From Chloroflexota bacterium (GTDB taxonomy: Bacteria > Chloroflexota > UBA6077 > SHYK01): 60,330 bases of DNA. Below are positions 40,221 to 48,680 of the stretch, in pieces. Position numbers and translations under genes: made by a program. The stretch covers positions 1 through 60,330 of the forward strand of contig WHTR01000005.1 of assembly GCA_009377635.1 (NCBI GenBank), read 5' to 3'. The notes beneath the pieces were generated by a model. That model was not told where the DNA came from. It did not search any database and was given only the letters and a program-made list of their open reading frames with translations. How positions within the stretch are numbered: the first letter of the stretch is position 1; each line of letters begins with the position of its first letter.

Positions 40221-41518
40221 TGCGCGTCCACGACCTCATCGGCGTCGGCATCGGCCCGTTCAACCTCAGTCTGGCCGCGCTGCTGGAGGGTGTCGACGGC
40301 GTGGATGCCCTCTTCTTTGACGCGAAACCGGCGTTCACATGGCACCCCGGCCTCCTGATCGAGGGCACGAGTATCCAGGTGCCGTTTCTGGCCGACCTTG
40401 TCACGCTGATCGATCCGACCAACCGCTGGAGCTATCTGAACTATCTCCGAGCCCACGACCGGCTCTATCGCTTCTACTTCCTTGAACGCTTCCATATTCC
40501 GCGGCGAGAGTACGACCACTACTGTCGGTGGGTGGCCGATGGGTCGCCGTCCTGCCACTTCGCCCGACGCGTCGACGCGATCGCATGGCATGGGGCCGAG
40601 GAGTGTTTCGTTGTTGACGTCGCCGACGTCATCGCGGGACGACGCGAGCAGCACGCAGCCCGGAACGTCGTTCTCGGCGTTGGCACAGTTCCCCACGTGC
40701 CGGCGCACTTGCACGGTATTCTTGGCGGCGACGTGTTTCACTCCGCGGACTTCCTCGACCAGCGGAATCGGTGCGCGGCCGCCGGCACGGTGACCATCGT
40801 GGGCTCCGGCCAGAGCGGTGCAGAGGTCTTCCTCGAGCTGCTCCGCGAACAGCCCGCCCACGGTTATCGGCTGCGGTGGCTGACTCGCTCACCTGGGTTC
40901 TTCCCCATGGAGTATTCGAAGCTCGGGCTCGAGCACTTCACGCCCGACTACACCCGCTACTTCCATGGTCTGCCCGACCACGTGCGCGATCGGATCGTGC
41001 CGACTCAGGACCTTCTCTACAAGGGCATCGGCGTCGAGACGATCGCCGAGATCTACGATCTGCTCTATGAGCGGAGCGTCGCTGGGGCGAATGTCGACGC
41101 GTGCCTGCTCGCCCATACGGAGGTCGAGTGTGCGGAGCGCACGTCAAACGGGCTGCGGCTGCGGTGCCGCCACCGGGAGCAGGATGCCGTGTTCATCCTT
41201 GAGACCGACCGTCTGATCCTGGCGACGGGCTATGGCGCCCGCGCGCCCGGCTGCCTGGCACCTCTAGCCGCCCTCATCGTTTGGGATGGCGCAGGTCGCT
41301 ATCGGGTCGGTCTCGACTACCGCGTCGAGATGAGCCCATCGGTGACGGGATCGCTGTTCGTGCAGAACGGTGAGCTTCACACGCACGGTGTGGGCGCGCC
41401 GGACCTCGGCCTTGGAGCGCACCGCGCCGCGGTCATCATCAATACCGTCGCCGGTCGGGAAGTCTATCGGCTGCCGACCCGCGTGGCCTTCACACAGTTC
41501 GGGACGCCCTGCCCGTGA
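40217..41518 (+). CDS. Amine N-monooxygenase (RhbE/IucD family)
   Basis: GVGIGPFNLSLA, WHPGLL, QVPFLADLVT, GSGQSGAE, ATGY, PDLGLGA.R. Confidence 0.94.
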   Translation: MMRVHDLIGVGIGPFNLSLAALLEGVDGVDALFFDAKPAFTWHPGLLIEGTSIQVPFLADLVTLIDPTNRWSYLNYLRAHDRLYRFYFLERFHIPRREYDHYCRWVADGSPSCHFARRVDAIAWHGAEECFVVDVADVIAGRREQHAARNVVLGVGTVPHVPAHLHGILGGDVFHSADFLDQRNRCAAAGTVTIVGSGQSGAEVFLELLREQPAHGYRLRWLTRSPGFFPMEYSKLGLEHFTPDYTRYFHGLPDHVRDRIVPTQDLLYKGIGVETIAEIYDLLYERSVAGANVDACLLAHTEVECAERTSNGLRLRCRHREQDAVFILETDRLILATGYGARAPGCLAPLAALIVWDGAGRYRVGLDYRVEMSPSVTGSLFVQNGELHTHGVGAPDLGLGAHRAAVIINTVAGREVYRLPTRVAFTQFGTPCP

Positions 41519-42729
41519 CCGCGAAGCGCGGGATCACGCGCGCGGTCTTGCTCGGCGTCGTGTTCGCCCACGTCGCCACCGAGGCCGTGCTCTCGCCCTT
41601 CTACCCGCGCTTCTTTGCGGAGGTCTTCGGTGTCACCGACCTGTCCTTCACCGGGTACTACATCTTTGCCTGCCGCCTGGCTGTGGTTCTGGTCCTCCCG
41701 CTCTGGGGCCTGGCGGCCCGCTGGATTCCCGTGCGACAGCTCCTGACCGTTGGCCAGGCCGCTGCCGCTGCGTTCACAGGAGCGCTGGCCCTCGTGCCAA
41801 CGTCTGATCTGTTCCTAGGCCTGTCCGTTGCGCTTGTGGCGGCGAAGGCGAGCTCCTTTCTCGCCTATCCGCTGCTCGTCGAGCTGGAGGGCGGTCGGGA
41901 TCCAAGGGCCACGATCGTCCGTCACGGCGTAGTCTTCCACGCCGCCATCGTCGTTTCATCTGTGGTCGGCTCCATCGTGGTCAGCCTGCCCCAGCCGACC
42001 ATCATCTTTCCCGTCCTCGCCGTCGTCGACCTCGCGCAGCTCGCTGCCTGTCGAGCTGTGCTGCGCCCGGGCGTAGCTCTACCGATCCGATCGCCCGCTG
42101 ACACATCGACGTCCCACGCCGACCACGCACTGGTGGAGTCGAATGGTGGGCCGCTGGTCCGGTTGGCTGCGCTGGTCGGCCTGTTTCACCTTTCCGTTAA
42201 TACAGTCCGCCCGTTCTTCGCCGAGTGGCTCGTCGCCGACATCGGACTTTCGGTCAATGGTGCTGGCATCCTGTATCTGCTGCCGAACCTGGCGGCCCTG
42301 GCCGCCCTCGCCGGTGTCAGCGCGGTGCGCTGCCGCTTCCAGCCGGAACGCGCGTTGCCGGGTGCCCTCATCGCGGCGGGCGTCGGGCTGGCCTTGCAGC
42401 CTGTCATGGCTGCCACCGTGCTGCTGATCGCTGCTCGTCTGCTCTTCGGAGCCGCATTGAGCCTCGCACAGATGGGCCTCGACCTGCGGTTATTCGCTCA
42501 TAGGAGACGTGGCTTGCCTACCCGCTACAGCGTGTTCGCCGCAGCACAGAACGCGGGCCTGCTCGGGGCCCCCCTCGTCGCGACCGCCGCGGTGGCGAGC
42601 GCCGGGCTGATGGCCCCGCTCGCTGTCGGCGCGTTCGGCTGCGTGCTGGCATCTGCGTGGGCGTGGATGCCCAGCCGCTCGGGCGCTCCGATTCCGAAGA
42701 CCATCCGCGCTATCCACCTGTGGAGGTGA
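41515..42729 (+). CDS. MFS transporter, probable siderophore exporter
   Basis: ~12 hydrophobic helices; embedded in the operon with a GTGA overlap. Confidence 0.8.
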   Translation: MTAKRGITRAVLLGVVFAHVATEAVLSPFYPRFFAEVFGVTDLSFTGYYIFACRLAVVLVLPLWGLAARWIPVRQLLTVGQAAAAAFTGALALVPTSDLFLGLSVALVAAKASSFLAYPLLVELEGGRDPRATIVRHGVVFHAAIVVSSVVGSIVVSLPQPTIIFPVLAVVDLAQLAACRAVLRPGVALPIRSPADTSTSHADHALVESNGGPLVRLAALVGLFHLSVNTVRPFFAEWLVADIGLSVNGAGILYLLPNLAALAALAGVSAVRCRFQPERALPGALIAAGVGLALQPVMAATVLLIAARLLFGAALSLAQMGLDLRLFAHRRRGLPTRYSVFAAAQNAGLLGAPLVATAAVASAGLMAPLAVGAFGCVLASAWAWMPSRSGAPIPKTIRAIHLWR

Positions 42730-42732
42730 CTC

Positions 42733-44514
42733 GTGATCGTCGATGAACCAACTGCGCTCACCCCTGACCGCTGGCAGACGGCCGGTCGCCGCCTGCTGGC
42801 CAAGATCCTTGCGGAGTTCGCCTACGAGGAGCTCCTCGAGCCGACTGACCTCGGCGGTGGCCAGTACCGCGTTGACCTGAGTGCCGGGGTCTCGTACGTC
42901 TTCAGAGCTCGGCGCCGGCTCTTCGATTCGTGGCGCGTCGATGACAGCTCCATCGAGCGGAGACAGGGCGAGGCCCGCGGGCCGGCTGACGACCCACTCC
43001 GCTTTGTCCTCGACGCGTATGAAACACTGGGTATCGCGCCGGCGACCGCTGGGCACCTCGTGCGCGAGCTTGCGGCGACTCTCGTGGCCGATACGCATAT
43101 TGCCGCGGCTGCCACGCGCAGCGCCGGCGAGCTGGCCGATCTCGATTATGCTCAGCTCGAGGGGGAGATGACGGGCCACCCCTGGATCGTGTTTAACAAG
43201 GGCCGGCTGGGTTTCAGCCACAGCGACTACTGCCGCTACGCGCCGGAAGCGCGCCGCTCCCTGCGACTTCCCTGGATGGCTGCCCATCGCAGCATCTCGT
43301 CCTACCAGGCGGTGCCCGGCCTCGGTCACGGTCGTCTGCTTGCCGGTGAGCTCGATGACCTCACTCGGGAGCGATTCGCCGCGATCCTCCGTGGGCGCGG
43401 CGCCGATCCTGACGACTACTACCTCCTCCCGGTACACCCGTGGCAATGGGAGCATGTCGTCATTCCTCTGTTCGCCGCCGATGTCGCTGCTGGTCGGCTC
43501 GTCGCACTCGGAGAGGGGCCCGACGCCTACCTTCCGCAGCAGTCCATCCGCACGTTCACCAATGTCAGCGCACCGCTGCGTCACCACCTCAAGCTGCCGC
43601 TCTCGATCCTGAACACCCTCGTCTGGCGCGGTCTTCCCAACGAGCGCACCGTCGCTGCTCCACAGGTGACCGCATACGTGACCGGCATCTGCGCTGCTGA
43701 CCCATTCTTGCGAGATGAGTGCCGACTCATCCTCCTGGGCGAGATCGCGAGCGTCAACGTGACACACATGGTGTTTGAGTCGCTTGCAGCCGCGCCCTAC
43801 CAGTACCGCGAGCTCCTCGGGTGCATCTGGCGGGAGTCGATCCTTACCAAACTCGATCCCGGCGAACGACCCCGAACCCTCGCCTCACTTCTGCACGAGG
43901 ATGCGCGCGGCGAGCCCCTCGTCGGCACGCTCATCGAGCGCTCCGGGCTCGCGGTGGCCGAATGGCTCGATCACCTGTTTGGAGCTGTCCTCCCGCCGCT
44001 CCTGCATTACTTGTATCAGTACGGAGTGGCTTTCAGCCCGCACGGTGAGAACGCCATCGTCGTGTTCGACGAGCGCGATGTGCCCACTCGGCTCGCGATC
44101 AAGGATTTCGTCGACGATGTCAACGTCAGCGCGCACCCCCTTCCCGAGCTCGAGGCGATGCCTGTCGACGTCCGAGCCGTCCTCCTGTGTGAGCCCCCGC
44201 TGTTTCTCTGCCAGTTCATCCAGACCGGGCTCTTCATCTGCCACCTGCGCTATCTATCGGATCTCATTGAGGACCGCTTCGGCTTCGATGAGCGTGCGTT
44301 CTGGCGATCGGTGCGTTGGCATGTGCGTGCGTATCAGGAGCGGTTCAGTCACCTGGCCGAACGGTTCGCTCTGTTCGACCTGCTCGCGCCGGATCTGGAG
44401 CGGCTGTGCCTCAACCGCAACCGGTTGCTCCTGGATGGCTACGCCGATCGGCCGGAACGGCCTCATGCGTCAGTCCACGGACGGGTTCCCAACGCGCTGG
44501 CGGTTGTCGACTGA
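42733..44514 (+). CDS. IucA/IucC NIS synthetase (RhbF/IucC-like)
   Basis: GHPWIVFNKGRLGF, YAPE, PVHPWQW, PQQSIRT, KLPLSILNT, PHGEN, KDF, LCLNR. Confidence 0.94.
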   Translation: MIVDEPTALTPDRWQTAGRRLLAKILAEFAYEELLEPTDLGGGQYRVDLSAGVSYVFRARRRLFDSWRVDDSSIERRQGEARGPADDPLRFVLDAYETLGIAPATAGHLVRELAATLVADTHIAAAATRSAGELADLDYAQLEGEMTGHPWIVFNKGRLGFSHSDYCRYAPEARRSLRLPWMAAHRSISSYQAVPGLGHGRLLAGELDDLTRERFAAILRGRGADPDDYYLLPVHPWQWEHVVIPLFAADVAAGRLVALGEGPDAYLPQQSIRTFTNVSAPLRHHLKLPLSILNTLVWRGLPNERTVAAPQVTAYVTGICAADPFLRDECRLILLGEIASVNVTHMVFESLAAAPYQYRELLGCIWRESILTKLDPGERPRTLASLLHEDARGEPLVGTLIERSGLAVAEWLDHLFGAVLPPLLHYLYQYGVAFSPHGENAIVVFDERDVPTRLAIKDFVDDVNVSAHPLPELEAMPVDVRAVLLCEPPLFLCQFIQTGLFICHLRYLSDLIEDRFGFDERAFWRSVRWHVRAYQERFSHLAERFALFDLLAPDLERLCLNRNRLLLDGYADRPERPHASVHGRVPNALAVVD

Positions 44515-44585
44515 TTCGTCGGCCTCGAGCGAACCCGGGAACAGCGGCGGCGTCGCAGAGCCTGCGTGCCTGTGCGGAGCTCTGG

Positions 44586-45071
44586 CTACTGGCCCGGCTG
44601 TCCCGACGCGTGTGCGTGCGCCTCACGGGCCGACTGGCACGAGGGACAGAGTCCGTAGAAGTCGAGGCGCGGCCGGACGCGATAGTATCCTGTTCGGGCC
44701 GCCACCGTGGCGATGAGCCCATCCATGTCGCCGACCTCGAGGTCCTGGATTCGGCCGCATTGGGTGCAGATCACGTGCGGATGGGGCTGAGGGATGTTCG
44801 CGTCGTACCGGTTGGCGCTATCACGGAACTCGAGCTCAAGGATCTCGCCGAGATCTTTGAGCACCTCAATGGTCTTGTACACCGTGGCGGGACTCATCAT
44901 GGGAAACGTCGGCGCGACCTCGCGGTAGATGTGATCGGCGCTCGGGTGGTGTGGACTGGACACGAGCGCACGGAGTACGGTGAGGCGCTGCGGCGTGAGG
45001 CGTTGGCCGCGAGCGCGGATCTTCCGCACGATGGCTTCAACGCGCGTCTCGACGTGCTGCTGTGTGACCAC
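44586..45071 (-). CDS. Fur-family repressor, PerR-like
   Basis: RLTPQR, HPSAD.IY, ATVYK, RYDAN, HPHVICTQCG.IQD, YGLCPSC; GAGGAGG RBS before GTG 45071. Confidence 0.9.
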   Translation of the reverse strand: MVTQQHVETRVEAIVRKIRARGQRLTPQRLTVLRALVSSPHHPSADHIYREVAPTFPMMSPATVYKTIEVLKDLGEILELEFRDSANRYDANIPQPHPHVICTQCGRIQDLEVGDMDGLIATVAARTGYYRVRPRLDFYGLCPSCQSAREAHAHASGQPGQ

Positions 45072-45172
45072 ACTTCCTCCTCGCGGTGCGCGACGTCCGC
45101 GCCCACGCATGGTGAGTATACGCCTTGCCATCGCACAGATGTACGACGGCGTGCCTGCCGTAGCGTCCGCTG

Positions 45173-45721
45173 TCAGTGGTGGAGAACGGCCGCAGACTGA
45201 CCGAGTCCGACTCCGTCGTGGGGCGCCGGAGACCGGAATTCCCGTGCGCTCTGGGCGCCATCGGGGAAGTCCAGCGATCGCGCGCAGTTGGGACAGATGC
45301 CGATGAAATCCAGACGGCGACCGGTGACGACATACCCACGCGTCTCGCCGATGTCGGCCCGTTCGAACGCGAGGGCCTCCAGCTCGAGCTCCAGCATCTG
45401 CCCGCAACGCTCGCACTGAACCTCGGCAGGGCGCCACGGCGCGGGGCCTGACCCTTTGATCGACAGGGGGTGCTCATCCAGCGCGTCGGACAGCCCGGCC
45501 TGACGCAAGACGTTGAGGGTCCGCTGGACCGTTCGCCGTTGGACGTTGGGACACGTCTCACGCACCCGGTCTAAGACGGCGCCCACCTCGTCGGTCGGGC
45601 GCTGGAGAGCCGCGTCGATCACGGCCCGGCGCTGAGCCGTCATCCGCACGCCAGCGGCGCGCAATCGGCGGAGAATCGATTCCGGTAGCGCCGGTGCGCC
45701 CTCCGGTCTGGGATTATCCAA
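45173..45721 (-). CDS. Degenerate Fur-family protein (structural Cys4 kept, regulatory histidines lost)
   Basis: GVRMTAQRRAVI, RTVQRTL..L..AGL, CERCG, LDFIGICPNC; start uncertain (TTG 45721 or GTG 45751). Confidence 0.7.
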   Translation of the reverse strand: MDNPRPEGAPALPESILRRLRAAGVRMTAQRRAVIDAALQRPTDEVGAVLDRVRETCPNVQRRTVQRTLNVLRQAGLSDALDEHPLSIKGSGPAPWRPAEVQCERCGQMLELELEALAFERADIGETRGYVVTGRRLDFIGICPNCARSLDFPDGAQSAREFRSPAPHDGVGLGQSAAVLHH

Positions 45722-45739
45722 AACGATTCTCCAGAAGTA

Positions 45740-45768
45740 TTGACACTCCACATCGGGTTTGCTATGGT
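45740..45768 (+). promoter_or_regulatory. Near-consensus sigma70 promoter TTGACA-N17-TATGGT with extended -10 TG
   Basis: Read directly. An upstream 7-1-7 imperfect palindrome CTGGGAT-T-ATCCAAA (45708-45722) is a possible Fur/PerR site. Confidence 0.75.
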
Positions 45769-45857
45769 ACGAACCATCCGAGTGGACGGTTGTCTACTAT
45801 AGCACGGACCGGAGCGCGGTCCGCCGCCACATACATCAGGGCCGATCAGAGGACTGG

Positions 45858-46109
45858 ATGACGGACGTAGTGATCGCAACTGTCGGGCGCGACGTGTATG
45901 AGGTGCGTCTCTACAAGACCTGAGGAGGCTGCTGGTCGGCCGTGGCGCGCGACGGGGGGCAGGTGCTGGCAGCGGCGAACGCTGACTCCCGAGAGGGGGT
46001 GATCTCTGCCCTCGTAGATCGTCTTGCTGCGCTTGTCCCAGAGGGCGAGGTCACGATCGGGTCAGCGGCCGGCGAGGCGCCAGCCTCGCCGCGCGCACGT
46101 GGAGGTTGA
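45858..46109 (+). CDS. Candidate small selenoprotein (83 aa, U-G-G-C motif at residues 22-25)
   Basis: GAGGA RBS and ATG 45858. MTDVVIATVGRDVYEVRLYKT-UGA(45921)-GGCWSAVARDGGQVLAAANADSREGVISALVDRLAALVPEGEVTIGSAAGEAPASPRARGG, ending in tandem TGA TGA. Confidence 0.6.
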
Positions 46110-46239
46110 TGAGAGGGGAGGTGTCCATCGGGAAGGCGAGCCGCGATTCCAGCAAGAAGCGCGGGAGTCGACTGCGTTGTGACGGAGCTCCCGGCGAGCT
46201 CGAGGGTCCATGGCCGATTGCGAAAGAGGAGGGAGACTC

Positions 46240-46881
46240 ATGGGCAAAGTAGCGCGACAGGTTGTCGAGGCTGCAGGCATCAACGTCAATGAGCTGTTGA
46301 CGAAGCTCGTCGCCGCGGCGGGTGCGGAGTTCACCACCTTCTACTATTACACCATCCTCCGGGTCAATTCCATCGGCCTGGAGGGGGAGGGTATAAAGGA
46401 GATCATCGAGGACGCCCGCATCGAGGACCGAAACCACTTCGAGGCGCTGGTTCCGCGGATCTACGAGCTCGGCGGCAAGCTTCCCGATGACATCCGCCCC
46501 TTCGCCGACCAGGCGGGGTGTCCGGATGCCTATCTCCCCGACACCCTCGGCGGCGTGGCGGCGGAGCGGCGCGGCGCTGGACGGACGACATTCGGCGAAT
46601 ACCCGGGCCGACAGCCCAGCTCAGTCCAGGATCTGCTGACGGTGCTGGTCGAAGCGGAGCGGTGTGCCATCCGCACGTACACCGACATCTGTCATTACAC
46701 GTTCGGGAAGGACCACAGAACCTACGAGCTCGCTCTGGCAATTCTGAACGAGGAGATCGAGCACGAGGCCTGGTTCAGCGAGTTCCTCGGCGAGGGGCCG
46801 TCTGGCCACTTCCGCCGCGGATCCCCGGGCGTGTCTCCGTACGTCGCCCGGTACATGACTGCAGATGTCGGACGGCAGTGA
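46240..46881 (+). CDS. DPS-like (DPSL, thioferritin) ferritin-superfamily protein
   Basis: [66 protein letters not shown]. Confidence 0.93.
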   Translation: MGKVARQVVEAAGINVNELLTKLVAAAGAEFTTFYYYTILRVNSIGLEGEGIKEIIEDARIEDRNHFEALVPRIYELGGKLPDDIRPFADQAGCPDAYLPDTLGGVAAERRGAGRTTFGEYPGRQPSSVQDLLTVLVEAERCAIRTYTDICHYTFGKDHRTYELALAILNEEIEHEAWFSEFLGEGPSGHFRRGSPGVSPYVARYMTADVGRQ

Positions 46882-47043
46882 GTCTGCCTCATCACGACTC
46901 GTTCATCGGCGGTACGCGGAGTGGCCGCTGCTCGCCCTCGGCGGTCGGGCAGCGGCCGCCGTCGGTTCAGCGATGCCGAGCGAGCGCGGCGGCGCCGCGC
47001 GTCGTGGCAGGAGAAGCATGACAACACGGCGAGGGCGGTCTCT

Positions 47044-47439
47044 GTGGAGCCATGGAGAGACGAGTACGTGCACGTGATGCCAGCCGCGGAGCTGGCGCCG
47101 GGCCAGCTTCACGAGCTGCAGGCGGGAGAGCATCGCGTGGTGGTGGGGCGGCTCCTCAGCGGTGAGCCCGTCGCGTTTCAGGCGCTCTGCCCGCACGAGG
47201 CAGCGTCACTGGTTGAAGGGCATTTCCACGGGCCTGCCATCGATTGTCCGCGGCACCACTATTTGTTCGATGTCCACTCGGGTGACAACCTGTTTCCGCT
47301 GCCGCTCTATCCGATGTGGAAGCGTGCTCAGGTAGGCGACCTCCGGCTGGGCCGGTTCCCCGCCACAGAGCGCGAAGGCTGGATCGTCATCGCGCGTAAC
47401 CCCTACTCCGAGCCCTTCGACAGACCGCCCGAGCGATAG
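47044..47439 (+). CDS. Rieske [2Fe-2S] ferredoxin
   Basis: CPH...CPRH Rieske motifs; start uncertain (GTG 47044). Confidence 0.85.
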   Translation: MEPWRDEYVHVMPAAELAPGQLHELQAGEHRVVVGRLLSGEPVAFQALCPHEAASLVEGHFHGPAIDCPRHHYLFDVHSGDNLFPLPLYPMWKRAQVGDLRLGRFPATEREGWIVIARNPYSEPFDRPPER

Positions 47440-47514
47440 CGCTGGTTCCGCGCGGCCGCTCGGGTGGAGCAGGGAGAGTCTGGGATCCGCGCTCGAACGA
47501 CTGAGTGAGAAGGT

Positions 47515-48642
47515 ATGCCGTCCCTGTGGGGTTTACGGTCCCGTCGCGCGTTCCTGGCAGTCGCCGGGCGTGTCCTGGTGGCCGCCGGCATAGCTGCGCC
47601 AGCAGTGTCCGCCCCGGTTCGGGGACAGGCTCAGACCCCGAGCGGCGCAGGTGGCCACGGGCCCGGACCGGGCGATCACGCGTCGGCTCATGGTGGTTCG
47701 AACACCGTGGCGGGAACTGTCGATGTGCAGCGCCTTGGCTTCGACCCAATGGAGATGCTGTCGGAATGGGACTATGGCGCCACGAGCCGGCTGCCCGACG
47801 GCCGGAGGCTCCGGGAGTACTGGATAACCGCGGCGGACCAGGAGATCGAGGTGGCCCCGGGGGTCGTCTTCAACGCGTGGACGTACAACGGGCGGGCGCC
47901 GGGCCCTTCCCTTCGATGCATCGAGGGGGAGATGATTCAGGTCCACTTCACGAATGGGGCGTCGCACGCGCACACGATCCATTTCCACGGCTTCCACGGC
48001 CCGGACATGGACGGCATTCCGGGGGTTGGTCGCGGTGTGATCGAACCGGGCGACAGCTTCACCTACGAGTTCGAGGCGCGGCCGTACGGCTGCCACCTGT
48101 ACCACTGTCACGCGATTCCCCTGAAGCGACACATCGCCAAAGGGCTGTACGGCGTATTCGTCATCGACCCGGACCCGGCGCGTCATGGGGGACCCCAGCG
48201 GGAGCTGGCAGCGCGCCGAAACCATCGGGAGCCGGCGTGCCAGGCGATCAACGAGATGGTCATGGTCATGAACTCGTTCGACACGGATTTCGACGGGGAG
48301 AACGAGGTGTATGCGGCGAACACGGTCGCGTTCTATTACATGCAGTATCCCATCCCCGTTCGGAGAGATCAGGTCCAGCGCCTCTACCTCGTCAACATGA
48401 CCGAGTTCGACCCCGTGAACTCGATCCACACCCACGGATTCTTCTTCAACTACTACGACCACGGCACGACGCTGGAGCCCACGCTTCGCATGGTGGACAC
48501 GGTGATGCAGTGCCAAGGGCAGCGCGGGATTCTCGAGTTCTCCTTTGCGGACGCCGGCCTGCCCCCGGGCAGGTACATGTTCCACGCGCACCAGAGTGAG
48601 TTTGCCGAGCTCGGATGGATGGGATTCTTTGAGGTCATCTAG
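47515..48642 (+). CDS. Tat-exported two-domain multicopper oxidase
   Basis: SRRAFL twin-arginine signal; HTIHFHG, YHCH....H...GL (type 1 Cu in domain 1), SIHTHG, MFHAH. Confidence 0.9.
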   Translation: MPSLWGLRSRRAFLAVAGRVLVAAGIAAPAVSAPVRGQAQTPSGAGGHGPGPGDHASAHGGSNTVAGTVDVQRLGFDPMEMLSEWDYGATSRLPDGRRLREYWITAADQEIEVAPGVVFNAWTYNGRAPGPSLRCIEGEMIQVHFTNGASHAHTIHFHGFHGPDMDGIPGVGRGVIEPGDSFTYEFEARPYGCHLYHCHAIPLKRHIAKGLYGVFVIDPDPARHGGPQRELAARRNHREPACQAINEMVMVMNSFDTDFDGENEVYAANTVAFYYMQYPIPVRRDQVQRLYLVNMTEFDPVNSIHTHGFFFNYYDHGTTLEPTLRMVDTVMQCQGQRGILEFSFADAGLPPGRYMFHAHQSEFAELGWMGFFEVI

Positions 48643-48680
48643 GAGGCGCCGGGCGTGGTAAGGGAGGCGGCGAAGGCGCG

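Noticed and set aside
34979-44514. Cluster as ectoine or desferrioxamine synthesis
   Set aside because: No ectA/ectC. A DABA transaminase plus decarboxylase and two NIS synthetases fit a citrate-diaminopropane siderophore, not DesABCD.
46109-46252. 47-codon ORF starting at the TGATG overlap after the UxxC ORF
   Set aside because: No recognisable features, and it overlaps the DPSL RBS and start; cannot be supported.
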